Shown here in pieces: positions 19,453 to 28,693 of a stretch of DNA of 59,449 nt (position 1 is the stretch's first letter; the number at the start of each line of letters is the position of its first letter). The DNA is taken from contig WFQO01000150.1 of NCBI GenBank assembly GCA_015486995.1, positions 1 to 59,449 on the forward strand, written 5' to 3'. Below the pieces are notes generated by a model. That model searched no databases. It was not told the origin of the DNA and worked only from the letters and a program-made list of their open reading frames with translations. A program made the position numbers and the translations under genes. The DNA comes from Nitratifractor sp. (GTDB lineage Bacteria > Campylobacterota > Campylobacteria > Campylobacterales > Sulfurovaceae).

Positions 19453-21591
19453 ATGGGAATGACAATAGTCCGGATTACACTGACTCTATTGGCCGCTGCT
19501 ACGGGGATCAGCCTTTTCCTCTATAGCGCCCACTCCCTCAAAAACTATTTCAGCGGAAATTTGAAAACCCAAAATACTCTTCAGCGTCTGCAAACAGATT
19601 TTTACGCTTTGGAAGGTGAAATCCTCAGCAATTCCTCTTTTCTTTATTACAATTACGACAATATCCACCATCTGATCGTCCGGATGAAAAAAGAGATACA
19701 AGATCTTGAGCATTCCGACTATCTTCTAAATCGCATACATCTCGAAACCCGAAAAAGACTGCAAGCTTTTGCACGACGGTTCCAGAGCTATAGTCGGGAC
19801 GTAGAACATTATCTCACACTCAATGCCTCGTTAAAAAACAGTGTGATCTACATCCCCACTCTTCAACTGAAAGCTCACAAGCTTTTCGATACCGGAAAAC
19901 CGATCGAGCGTAAAGCGCTTCTCCTTCTTTCACAAATCAATGCGACCATTTTTCTGGCGAACAATGCTAAAGACACTGATTTTCTACCGGATATCCGAAA
20001 TTACCTCGATCGGCTCCACCGTTTTGACAATGATTTTAAAGGTCAACGCAGGCGCCTTCTTCAAATACTCGAGGAGCATTTGAAGAATTATGTCAAAAAT
20101 TTTCCACAATACGTTCAGCTTTTGCATCGTCTTCTGCACAACCGGATGCAGAAAGATCTGAGCACTCTCAACGAAAAGTTTCAACGTGAATCAGCCCGCG
20201 AACTCATAGAGATAAATCATACCAACCAACTTCTGCTACTGCTTTACCTTTTCTCACTTTTTATCGTACTGATTTTCATTTTCTGGATCGATCGGGAAAA
20301 CCGTCGTCTCAAACGGATGAAGGGAGATCTCGAAACCTCTCTCGTCACCGACGCTCTGACCGGTTTGGGCAATCGACTCGCCTATCAACGGCGAAAACGT
20401 GAGATGAGATACCCCGTACTGATCTTGATAAATATAGAACGTTTTAAGCATATCAACGAATTCTATGGAACCCACATAGGGGATAAAGTCCTCGAAAGTG
20501 TCACCCACAAACTCATCGAATTCACTCCCTCTACCCTTCAAGCCAATCACTACCGTCTGGGGGGAGACGATTTCGGGATTCTTTTCGAAAAAGAAAATCT
20601 TTCCCAATCCCTGGAGACTCTGCTTCAAGAATTTCACGATGCGTTGGAAAATCTTCACCTTGTCATCGAGGATCTACAAATCGATCTTAATTTTGTTTTG
20701 GGAGCAAGCGAGAAGAAGCATTGGCTTTTTGAGACGGCTGACATGGCCTTGAAATTTGCAAAAAGTTCACAAAGAAAACGCTATGTACTTTACCGGGACA
20801 GTATGGACAACCGGGAAGAGATCGCCAGCAACATACGAATCCTACGTAGCGTACGCAACGCATTGGAAAGCGATACCCTTCTCCCCTATTTCCAACCCAT
20901 TTACAATCGAAGGGAACGACGCATCGATAAATTTGAAGCTCTAGCCCGCATCGAACAGAGGGACGGGAAAGAGATCATACAACCTTCCCAGTTTATTCCT
21001 GTAGCCAAAGAGGCAAAACTCAGTGGCGAAATTACCGTAAGGATTTTGGAAAAAACTTTGGAAAATGTCGCGAAATACCCCTACGTTTTTAGCCTCAATC
21101 TCGAAGCCGATGACATCGACAACGCCGAAGATCGTGAACGCATTCTCGCACTTCTCGATCGCGATCCCACACTGGGGAGACGCATCATTTTCGAACTACT
21201 TGAAACCGAAAAAATCCGTGATTATGAAATCGTCTCCGATTTCATTGATTCGATCAAACGTCGAGGGTGTCAAATCGCCATTGACGACTTCGGAAGCGGG
21301 TATTCAAACTTCGAAAAACTACTCAAACTTGATATTGACATTCTCAAAGTGGACGGCAGCCTAATCCGTCGCATCGACTATGATTCACACTCCGAACTGA
21401 TTGTCAAAACCATCCTCGATTTTGCCCGCTTGGCAGGATGGCGTACCGTCGCTGAATTCGTGCACTCTCGCAGTGTCTATGAGAAGGTCTCTTCCCTCGG
21501 CTTCGATGATTTGCAGGGATACTATCTCGGACCGCCGAGCAAAGAGATTCCCAACGATATCCAACTCCTTTTCGAGGATTATCCGAAATAA
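19453..21591 (+). CDS. Membrane sensor: probable DAHL periplasmic domain + GGDEF + EAL (c-di-GMP phosphodiesterase)
   Basis: TM, all-helical periplasmic region (NYDNI, NASLKNSVIY), TM; DALTGL.NR, GGDDF; FEALAR, DDFGSGYS, KVDGS, QGYY. Confidence 0.88.
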   Translation: MGMTIVRITLTLLAAATGISLFLYSAHSLKNYFSGNLKTQNTLQRLQTDFYALEGEILSNSSFLYYNYDNIHHLIVRMKKEIQDLEHSDYLLNRIHLETRKRLQAFARRFQSYSRDVEHYLTLNASLKNSVIYIPTLQLKAHKLFDTGKPIERKALLLLSQINATIFLANNAKDTDFLPDIRNYLDRLHRFDNDFKGQRRRLLQILEEHLKNYVKNFPQYVQLLHRLLHNRMQKDLSTLNEKFQRESARELIEINHTNQLLLLLYLFSLFIVLIFIFWIDRENRRLKRMKGDLETSLVTDALTGLGNRLAYQRRKREMRYPVLILINIERFKHINEFYGTHIGDKVLESVTHKLIEFTPSTLQANHYRLGGDDFGILFEKENLSQSLETLLQEFHDALENLHLVIEDLQIDLNFVLGASEKKHWLFETADMALKFAKSSQRKRYVLYRDSMDNREEIASNIRILRSVRNALESDTLLPYFQPIYNRRERRIDKFEALARIEQRDGKEIIQPSQFIPVAKEAKLSGEITVRILEKTLENVAKYPYVFSLNLEADDIDNAEDRERILALLDRDPTLGRRIIFELLETEKIRDYEIVSDFIDSIKRRGCQIAIDDFGSGYSNFEKLLKLDIDILKVDGSLIRRIDYDSHSELIVKTILDFARLAGWRTVAEFVHSRSVYEKVSSLGFDDLQGYYLGPPSKEIPNDIQLLFEDYPK

Positions 21592-22121
21592 CGGATCGAC
21601 GCAAAACCCGCCGCACCTGCGGCCAGTGCTTCGGCGATGCTCTCCTCATCCACAATTCCCCCCAAAGCGATTACCGGAATCTCCAGTTTCCCGACGATCC
21701 CGCGAAAGCGTTCGATGCCCAGGGCGGGTCCTTTGCCGGGGCTGAGGAAAAGGGGGCTGAGAGTCACGGCGTCGGCACCGAGGCTTTGGGCTCGGAGGGC
21801 TTCGTCCAAGGTGTGGGTACTGGCGATGGTATAGAGGCCGAGCGCCTTGGCTCGGGGGATACGCCCGATCTGCGTCGAAGGAAAATGAACACCGTCGGCA
21901 CCGAGACGCGCGGCGAGGGCTTCGTCCGTGTGCACAATAGCCTGCGCGGATGTACGACTCCGAACGGCATCGACGAAACACTCCGCATTCTGTGCATAGG
22001 ATGGATTGGCTTTGTCACGGTAAAGAATCATCGTCGCTCCTCTCTCGGCGAAGCGCAGCAGGTCGTCTTCTGGATCCGGGAAATGCAGAGTACGCGGGTC
22101 GCTGATCGCGTAGCGGATCAT
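21579..22121 (-). CDS. Thiamine-phosphate synthase/TenI-like protein
   Basis: YRDK, ADGVH, STH, SPLF, PVIALGGI, GAAGFA. Confidence 0.85.
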   Translation of the reverse strand: MIRYAISDPRTLHFPDPEDDLLRFAERGATMILYRDKANPSYAQNAECFVDAVRSRTSAQAIVHTDEALAARLGADGVHFPSTQIGRIPRAKALGLYTIASTHTLDEALRAQSLGADAVTLSPLFLSPGKGPALGIERFRGIVGKLEIPVIALGGIVDEESIAEALAAGAAGFASIRYFG

Positions 22122-22402
22122 CGGGAGGAGCTGTCTTTTTTGAGTGTTTCGAGGAGTTCGTCCAGGACTCTCCCCTGACGGCGCAACTCTTCGGTCCGTT
22201 GGAAGCCGGCGAGCAGATATTCGAGGAGAAGAACGAGGAAAAGGCCGGGGGTGGCCCAGATCATGCTATGAAGCGCCGCGGCCAAAAGACCGAAAGAGGA
22301 ATAGGTCAAAATCGCCGAAAGGGCTCCGATCAGAGCGATGGCCCAGGCGACCCCGAGCAGAAAATTGACGAGGATGGAGAGAAAACGGGAACGAAGCCGC
22401 AT
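22118..22402 (-). CDS. Small integral membrane protein
   Basis: Two hydrophobic helices; ATGA overlap with the next gene; follows atpB. Confidence 0.7.
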   Translation of the reverse strand: MRLRSRFLSILVNFLLGVAWAIALIGALSAILTYSSFGLLAAALHSMIWATPGLFLVLLLEYLLAGFQRTEELRRQGRVLDELLETLKKDSSSR

Positions 22403-22429
22403 GAAGGGTCGGCGGAAGTCGCGAAGAGC

Positions 22430-23152
22430 TTAGACAGCGCCCAGCGTGTCGACGACAGGCTCGGGGGCTTTCTCGGGATGCTCCTCTTCGAGAGCGACGG
22501 CTCCGGCGAGATAGACGTACGTCAGGATCATAAAGACAAAGGTCTGCAGCAGCGCCGAGAAAGTCAGCAGCAGGAAGCCGGGCAGAGGCACCAGCCAAGG
22601 CACCAGCATCAGCAAGACCCAGAGAAAGAGGTCGTCCCCTTTGATGTTTCCAAAAAGCCGGAAAGAGAGTGAAACGATTCGGGAGAGGTGCGAGACGATC
22701 TCGATGGGAAACATCAGAGGAGCCAACGCCTTGACGGGGCCGGCAAAGTGGGCAAAGTAGTGGACGACGCCCTGTTTCTTGATCCCCTCGTAGTTGTAGT
22801 AGAAGAAGACCACCAGCGCCAACGGCAGAGTGACGTTGATGTTGTTGGTGGGGGATTCGAATCCGGGGATAATCCCCAGAATGTTGTTGATCAGGACGAA
22901 AAGCCCGATGCTTGCGACCAGCGGCAGGTATTTGCGTGCGAGTTCTTCCCCGATGACGTCCCGGCCCATCGCGATGACGCCCCCGAGGTAAGCCTCCATA
23001 ACGTTCTGTGTCCCGTAAGGAACCGCTTTGAGATTACTCGTCGCTTTAAGCGCCAGCCACATGATGATGATCGTCGCCAGCAGCAGATGGCCGACAACCA
23101 TCCCCACTCCGTGACCCGTGATCGCACCGATAAAGGTAAAGACACCTTCCAT
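22430..23152 (-). CDS. atpB: F0F1 ATP synthase subunit a
   Basis: [31 protein letters not shown]. Confidence 0.97.
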   Translation of the reverse strand: MEGVFTFIGAITGHGVGMVVGHLLLATIIIMWLALKATSNLKAVPYGTQNVMEAYLGGVIAMGRDVIGEELARKYLPLVASIGLFVLINNILGIIPGFESPTNNINVTLPLALVVFFYYNYEGIKKQGVVHYFAHFAGPVKALAPLMFPIEIVSHLSRIVSLSFRLFGNIKGDDLFLWVLLMLVPWLVPLPGFLLLTFSALLQTFVFMILTYVYLAGAVALEEEHPEKAPEPVVDTLGAV

Positions 23153-23221
23153 TACTACCCCTTCTTCTTAGAAAATTCAACCGTGATTATAACGCAGTTT
23201 GCCTTATGGGCACCTCTAATG

Positions 23222-24577
23222 TTATCGCGGGATGCCGGGGAAGCCTCCCCCGCCCTGCATCTGTTGCATCATCTGCTGCATCTGCTTCATTCCGCCTTTG
23301 CCTGAGAGCTTTTTGGCCATTTTGGCGGCATTTTTGAACTGCTTGAGAACGCGGTTGACCTCCATTTGACTGAGGCCGGATCCCTGAGCGATGCGGCGTT
23401 TGCGGCTGTTGTTGAGCAGATCTGGGTTTTCCCGCTCTTTGGGGGTCATGGAACTGATCATCGCTTTGATGTGCTTGACCTCCTCGGAATTTTCCAGGTC
23501 CAGGTCGCCGAGCTGCTTGGCCATATTGCCCATTCCCGGGATCATCCCCAGGATCGACTTCATCGAGCCCAGTTTTTTCATCTGTTCCATCTGCTCGAGG
23601 AAGTCGTTGAAATTGAACTGCCCCTTTTTGATCTTCTGGGTCACCCGTTTGGCGGTCTTTTCATCGATGACGGCGGCGGTCTTCTCCGCCAACCCCTCGA
23701 TATCGCCCGCACCCATCAGCCGCCCGGTGATCCGTTCGGGGATGAAGGGCTCGAGATCGGGCATCTTCTCTCCGCTACCGATGAAGCGCAGGGGCACGCC
23801 GACCTGATGGGCGATCCCCAGGGCGACGCCTCCTTTGCTGTCGGCATCGAATTTGCTCAGGATGACCCCGGTAATGCCGATCTTGTCCTTGAAGGTCTGG
23901 GCGGTACGCACCGCATCCATCCCCGTCATCGCGTCGGCGACGTAGAAGATCTCATCCGGCTGGGCCAGATCCCGGATTCTCGCCAGCTCCTCCATCAACT
24001 CCTCGTCGATCGCCAGGCGTCCCGCGGTGTCGATCAGTACCACGTCGTAGAGTTCGTCCTCGGCCTTTTTCAGGGCCCGCTTCACGACCTCGTCCGGGGT
24101 GGCGTTCTCGTCGGCTACCAGATCCACGCCAATCTGCTCGGCGATCTGGCGCAGCTGTTCCACCGCCGCCAGACGCTGCAGGTCCGCCGCCGCGATGAGG
24201 ACTTTCTTTTTCTTCTGCTCTTTGAGCATCGTGGCCAGCTTGCCGGTGGTCGTGGTCTTCCCCGATCCCTGCAGACCGGTCATCAGCACCACCGTCGGAG
24301 GCCGGGACGCGAAGACGAAGCCCTGGTTCCCCTTGGCGGTGAGGATGCGGAGCAACTCCTTCTGCAGAGCCGCGAGGAAAGCCTCTTTCCCGATTCCCGC
24401 CGCTTTGGTATCTTTCTCGACCGTCGTGACCAACTCTTTGACCACTTTGTGATGCACGTCGGCCTTGAGCAGCGATTTGCGCAACTCCGTCAGCGCCTTT
24501 TTCAGCGCCTTTTCATCGTCGTGAAAACGGATCTTCCCGATCGCGTTTTTGAAACTGTCAGTGAGTGTATCGAACAT
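23222..24577 (-). CDS. ffh: Signal recognition particle protein
   Basis: GLQGSGKTTT, DTAGR, GEK..DLE.F.P.R, Met-rich M domain. Confidence 0.98.
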   Translation of the reverse strand: MFDTLTDSFKNAIGKIRFHDDEKALKKALTELRKSLLKADVHHKVVKELVTTVEKDTKAAGIGKEAFLAALQKELLRILTAKGNQGFVFASRPPTVVLMTGLQGSGKTTTTGKLATMLKEQKKKKVLIAAADLQRLAAVEQLRQIAEQIGVDLVADENATPDEVVKRALKKAEDELYDVVLIDTAGRLAIDEELMEELARIRDLAQPDEIFYVADAMTGMDAVRTAQTFKDKIGITGVILSKFDADSKGGVALGIAHQVGVPLRFIGSGEKMPDLEPFIPERITGRLMGAGDIEGLAEKTAAVIDEKTAKRVTQKIKKGQFNFNDFLEQMEQMKKLGSMKSILGMIPGMGNMAKQLGDLDLENSEEVKHIKAMISSMTPKERENPDLLNNSRKRRIAQGSGLSQMEVNRVLKQFKNAAKMAKKLSGKGGMKQMQQMMQQMQGGGGFPGIPR

Positions 24578-24637
24578 AAAAAAACCCTTTCTCTCTCAGA
24601 GAAATTTTGGAAATTCTATCCAATTTTCCCACCCTCC

Positions 24638-24668
24638 ATCCAAAATCCAAAATCCACAATCCAAAATC
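24638..24668. repeat. Heptamer tandem array ATCCA(A/C)A x4
   Basis: atccaaa atccaaa atccaca atccaaa atc between the RluA gene stop and the ffh promoter region. Confidence 0.85.
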
Positions 24669-24680
24669 AGGTATCCGACG

Positions 24681-25412
24681 TTACTTGTAACGACGGATAT
24701 CCTTCGGTTCCGGCGCTTCGTAACTTCGCCCCAGCAGTGTGATTTTCTTCGCGTGCAGCAGGGGCCGCTTGGCCCGCGTGGGACTGCCGTATTGCTCATC
24801 TCCGACAATGGGATGGCCCGCGTGGGCCAGATGAACCCGGATCTGATGGGTCCGACCCGTCTCGATCTCGACGCGTACTTTGGATTTTTTGCCCTGGACT
24901 TCGTCGGGCCAGACCTTCGTCAGGGCCGGCTTGCCCCGCTTTTTGTCGATGCGGGAGAAGGCTTTGCCTTTCCGGATCGTATGGATCGGCAGATCGATCT
25001 CCATCGGCTCCACGACCACTCCCTCGACCCAGGCGACATACTCTTTGTGCACTTGACGCCGACGGAAAGCTTCGATCGCCCTGCGGGCGAAATCCTCGTC
25101 CCGTGCCAGCAGCAGTACCCCGCTGGTTTCCCGATCGAGACGGTGCAGCAGCTGTGCCCCCTCGATCGCTTCTTCGATCTCGTAGCTGTCGATAAAAGCC
25201 GGTTTGTCCACCGCCACAACCTCATCGTCTTGATAGATGATCCGTATCTCCGCCGGCTCCTCGATGCGAAAGCGGGTCTCCTCGGGAAGCTCGGCCCGGG
25301 CGATTTTGACCTTCTGATCCCCCACATAGACCAAGCCCCGGTCGATGAGCTCCTTGGCCTTCTTGTTGGAAATTCCCTCCTGCTCGGCCAGAAGTTTGTA
25401 AGCTTTTTCCAT
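24681..25412 (-). CDS. RluA-family pseudouridine synthase with S4 domain
   Basis: VDKP, HRLDRETSG, TGRTHQIRVH, HPIVGD..YG, LHA. Confidence 0.93.
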   Translation of the reverse strand: MEKAYKLLAEQEGISNKKAKELIDRGLVYVGDQKVKIARAELPEETRFRIEEPAEIRIIYQDDEVVAVDKPAFIDSYEIEEAIEGAQLLHRLDRETSGVLLLARDEDFARRAIEAFRRRQVHKEYVAWVEGVVVEPMEIDLPIHTIRKGKAFSRIDKKRGKPALTKVWPDEVQGKKSKVRVEIETGRTHQIRVHLAHAGHPIVGDEQYGSPTRAKRPLLHAKKITLLGRSYEAPEPKDIRRYK

Positions 25413-25427
25413 TGTTGTCCTTCGGAT

Positions 25428-25518
25428 AGTGTTACGTACTATGTGCTAAGTGTTAAGAAAGATGTGCCGTAATACGGCACACACCGAAATCATTCACCAT
25501 TCATTATTCATCATTCAC
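25428..25518. repeat. Two oppositely oriented heptamer arrays flanking a palindrome
   Basis: agtgtta cgtacta tgtgcta agtgtta (25428-25455); tgtgccgta-a-tacggcaca (25463-25481); cattcac cattcat tattcat cattcac (25491-25518). Confidence 0.8.
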
Positions 25519-25526
25519 TAGAGAGT

Positions 25527-25548
25527 GCGGGAATGAATTCCCGCCTCC
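25527..25548 (-). repeat. REP-like palindrome
   Basis: Minus strand reads GGAG-GCGGGAAT-TC-ATTCCCGC: tetranucleotide foot plus perfect 8-bp stem. Confidence 0.55.
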
Positions 25549-25595
25549 AGAATCCGCGCCGCAACGCGACGCCCCGCAACTCTTCATTCCTAATT

Positions 25596-25726
25596 GAGCC
25601 CCCTGAAAAACGTGTAAGAAAGGTTTCACTCGATGGCGACAAAGGAGCGCTTGCCCCGAAGGGGTGCCAACGGCATTAGCGACTGCTGGAGCTATCGAGT
25701 GAAACCGGCAATTTTTCAGGGCCCTC
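25596..25726. mobile_element. 131-bp MITE-like element (family B) with 4-bp AATT target duplication
   Basis: TIR gagccccctgaaaaa / tttttcagggccctc (13/15); inner IR ggtttcactcgatggc / gctatcgagtgaaacc; AATT at 25592-25595 and 25727-25730. Confidence 0.8.
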
Positions 25727-26021
25727 AATTCCTTATTTCCAATTTATCGAGAAATTCCCTGAATTTCTCGGTATACGGAAATTGCAGGATCTTGATCTTC
25801 GCCGTCTCTCCGCTTTTGAATCGGATGGAGCTTTTGGGGACTTTGAAGGCCTTGGAGAGGAATTTGACCAACTCTTTGTTGGCGGCTCCCTCCACCGCGG
25901 CTGCAGCGATGCGGATTTTGATCGCCTCGTCACCGTAGAGTCCCGCAAATTCGCTCCGGCTGGCTCCCGGTTGGGCTTTGATTTTCAAAGAAACGCTTTC
26001 TCCGTCGCTTTCATAGAACAT
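25725..26021 (-). CDS. DUF167/YggU family protein
   Basis: IKAQPGA, EGAANKELVKFLSK, SGETAKIK; ATG at 26021. Confidence 0.9.
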   Translation of the reverse strand: MFYESDGESVSLKIKAQPGASRSEFAGLYGDEAIKIRIAAAAVEGAANKELVKFLSKAFKVPKSSIRFKSGETAKIKILQFPYTEKFREFLDKLEIRN

Positions 26022-27180
26022 CTCTGATTTCCTTTTCAATGCGTCGCAGCGGATCGCCCGCGATCTTCAGGCGAGTCGGCTGCCAGAGGCCGGGGTAACG
26101 TAGCTTTTCGGCCAGGGCTTTTTCGTCCACGATTTCGATCCCTTCGATTCCCTCGAAGAGATCCTTCTGGTTGAAAAAATGGGGACCGCTGAAGATCGGT
26201 ATCCCGAACTGGGCCGCTTCGGCGGCGTTGTGGCCTCCGATCCGTTCGAAAGCTCCTCCCAGGACGACGGCGTCACTGATCGCGTAACAGTTGACCAACT
26301 CCCCCATCCGATCCATCAGGGTCAAATCCGCTTCGAAACTCTCCGTTTCGGAAAAACGGTCCGCTTCCCATCCCTGCAGACGGGCGAAGCTCTCCATCAT
26401 CCGCCAGACCCGATCGAAACGCTCCGGGTGACGGGGCACCACGACCATCCGAGCATCCGGATGATACTCTTTGAGTGCACGAAACGCTTCGAGGATGGGG
26501 GCCTCTTCTCCTTCGTGGGTACTTGCCGCACAGATCAGAAGCCCCCGCTTCGGCTTGGGGAGCTTGCGGCTGGGGCCCGGAATCGCTCCCAGTTTGAGAT
26601 TGCCGGTGACGATGACGTTTCGGGCTCCCAACTCCTCCAGACGGCTGCGGTCTCTCTCGCTCTGGGCGAAGACACGATCCACCTGCGCGAAAAGCCGGCG
26701 ATAAAACCAGGCGAAACGCCGATACCTGGGCCAGGATCGGTCGCTCAGGCGTGCGTTGATCAGAAAGGTCGCGGCTCCTCGGCGCCGCGCGACGGCAAAA
26801 AGCAGATACCACAGCTCAGCCTCCATCACGATCAACGCTTTTTGGGGGCGGGCCCAGAGCCAAAGCAGCGGCTCGAAAGGCAGATAGCGGCTCCGGCCGG
26901 GAGCCAACCTTTCGATGACATCATAGCCGGTTTGCGTGATCGCCGTCATCCGACGCAACCCCGCATCGAAACGCTCCACCAACGGTGCCACCGCCCTCGC
27001 CTCACCGTAGCTGCAAACGTGAAACCAAACTCCTCCCTCTTTCAGCGGAGGATTTCTCCAGAGAAAAAAACGGGCAGGAAGGGAACGACGGTACTTGCTC
27101 CGAAGGGAAAGGGGAACAAGAAACGGCAGCGCCAGCAGCCAAACGGCGGCGCTCAGCAGCGTATAGCAGCAGAGAAACAA
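26011..27180 (-). CDS. waaA: 3-deoxy-D-manno-octulosonic acid transferase
   Basis: WFHVCSYGE, EAELW, INARLS, TGNLK, ASTHEGEE, VPRHPERF, GGHN; start uncertain (TTG at 27180 assumed). Confidence 0.95.
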   Translation of the reverse strand: MFLCCYTLLSAAVWLLALPFLVPLSLRSKYRRSLPARFFLWRNPPLKEGGVWFHVCSYGEARAVAPLVERFDAGLRRMTAITQTGYDVIERLAPGRSRYLPFEPLLWLWARPQKALIVMEAELWYLLFAVARRRGAATFLINARLSDRSWPRYRRFAWFYRRLFAQVDRVFAQSERDRSRLEELGARNVIVTGNLKLGAIPGPSRKLPKPKRGLLICAASTHEGEEAPILEAFRALKEYHPDARMVVVPRHPERFDRVWRMMESFARLQGWEADRFSETESFEADLTLMDRMGELVNCYAISDAVVLGGAFERIGGHNAAEAAQFGIPIFSGPHFFNQKDLFEGIEGIEIVDEKALAEKLRYPGLWQPTRLKIAGDPLRRIEKEIRDVL

Positions 27181-27196
27181 AGGGGAGAGACTCTCG

Positions 27197-27922
27197 TCAA
27201 GCTTCGACGGGCTCTTCGACCTCTTCGAGATAGAGAATCCGGCCGCAATGGGGGCAGGTGACAATCTCTTCACCCCGAATCACGTCGGAATAGGTCTTGT
27301 CGCTGATTTTGAGGAAACAGCCGTAGCAGGCTTGTTTGCGTACAGGAACGACGGCGCTGTTGCCCGCCCATTTGCGGATCTTTTCGTAGAATGAGAGGAC
27401 TTTCTGATCCATTTTTCGAATGATTTCGTCGCGCTCTTTGTAAAGATGGGCTTTCTCTTTTTCAATCGCTTCGAGCTCGTTGGCGGCATCGGTCTGCGCC
27501 TGTTCCAAAGCGGCCTGGAGCTCCTCGAGCTCTTTGCTCTGCTCTTCGAGAAGCTCTTTTTTCGTTTCGTTAGCTTTGCCCAGGCGTTCGATCTCTTCGT
27601 TGGCGAAAGTCAATTTTTCCCGAGCGATCTCCTCCTCGATGGAGAGTGCTTTCATCTCCTTTTCGGTGGAGACCTCTTTGCCCTTTTTCTGGATGGAGTC
27701 GAGCTGCTCACTGAGCGTCCCGATCTGTTCCTCGTAAGTCGCGATTTTGTTTTCGTTCTCTTCGATCTGCTTTTTTAACGTATCGAGACGTTCCTGAGCC
27801 GCTTCGACTTTCTTTTTCTCTTTTTCCACCGTGTGAGTGGCCGCTTCGATCTGCGGGGAAAAACTGTCGAGTTCTTTGTCGATTTTCGAGAGAGTTACAA
27901 GCTCTTTGAGATGCTGATTCAA
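27197..27922 (-). CDS. Coiled-coil C4 zinc-ribbon protein (HP0958/Cj0706-like)
   Basis: Long coiled coil plus CYGC...CPHCGRILY. Confidence 0.93.
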   Translation of the reverse strand: MNQHLKELVTLSKIDKELDSFSPQIEAATHTVEKEKKKVEAAQERLDTLKKQIEENENKIATYEEQIGTLSEQLDSIQKKGKEVSTEKEMKALSIEEEIAREKLTFANEEIERLGKANETKKELLEEQSKELEELQAALEQAQTDAANELEAIEKEKAHLYKERDEIIRKMDQKVLSFYEKIRKWAGNSAVVPVRKQACYGCFLKISDKTYSDVIRGEEIVTCPHCGRILYLEEVEEPVEA

Positions 27923-27970
27923 ATAAAATCCTTTAGTTTTGGAGAATTCCGGAGAGTGCCGTTTCGATTG

Positions 27971-28693
27971 CTACAATGAAGTAAACGGGTTTTTCGATGG
28001 CGCGATTATAGCCGAAATCGGTAAATTTTTCAATTGGGGCATCAGCACCTCGGGAAAGAAGCGTTCACTCTCAAAATGGCCGATATCCACCATCATCAGC
28101 CCCTGGCTCATCGCCTTCATCGCATCGTGATATTTGATGTCTCCGGTGAGGAAACACTCCGCGTCCACCCGATCCATCATCGACGCCCCCGATCCGGTAC
28201 AGAGCGCCACGGAGCCGATCCGCTCTCTGGGTGCCACCGTCCGCAGTGTCTCCAAACCGAAAGCTTTACGTACCCGGGCTTGCAACTCTTCCAGGCTCCA
28301 GTCTACCGGGGCTTCACAGAGATAGGGTTCCTCCCGTTCCGGCTCCAGGCCGAGAACCTGCGTAAAGACATAGCGATTGAGGTGGGTTTGATCGAAATTG
28401 GTGTGCATCGCGATCAACGATTGACGTTTTTGAATCAGCCGCTCTATAAGCCTGGCGGGATAGCGGCGGAAATCGAGCTCCGTGAGTTTGCCGAAGATCA
28501 GGGGATGGTGCACGACAAAGAGCACTCCCTCTTCTGCCTCCTCGATCATCCCGGCATCGAGATCCAACGAGACGACGATCCGCTCAATGTCACGCTCGGG
28601 ATGCCCCACGATCAGCCCGCTGTTGTCCCAGCTCTCCTGCAGTTCAAAGGGGCTCAGTTCGTTCAGGTAGTCGTAGATGTCGCAGAGTTTCAT
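27971..28693 (-). CDS. Nif3-like dinuclear metal centre protein
   Basis: WDNSGL, HHPLIF, HTNFD, TGDIKYH, GHFESE. Confidence 0.95.
   Translation of the reverse strand: MKLCDIYDYLNELSPFELQESWDNSGLIVGHPERDIERIVVSLDLDAGMIEEAEEGVLFVVHHPLIFGKLTELDFRRYPARLIERLIQKRQSLIAMHTNFDQTHLNRYVFTQVLGLEPEREEPYLCEAPVDWSLEELQARVRKAFGLETLRTVAPRERIGSVALCTGSGASMMDRVDAECFLTGDIKYHDAMKAMSQGLMMVDIGHFESERFFPEVLMPQLKNLPISAIIAPSKNPFTSL

Noticed and set aside
25504-25728. 74-aa ORF across the composite repeat
   Set aside because: Translation of MITE, REP-like and heptamer DNA with no coding signature
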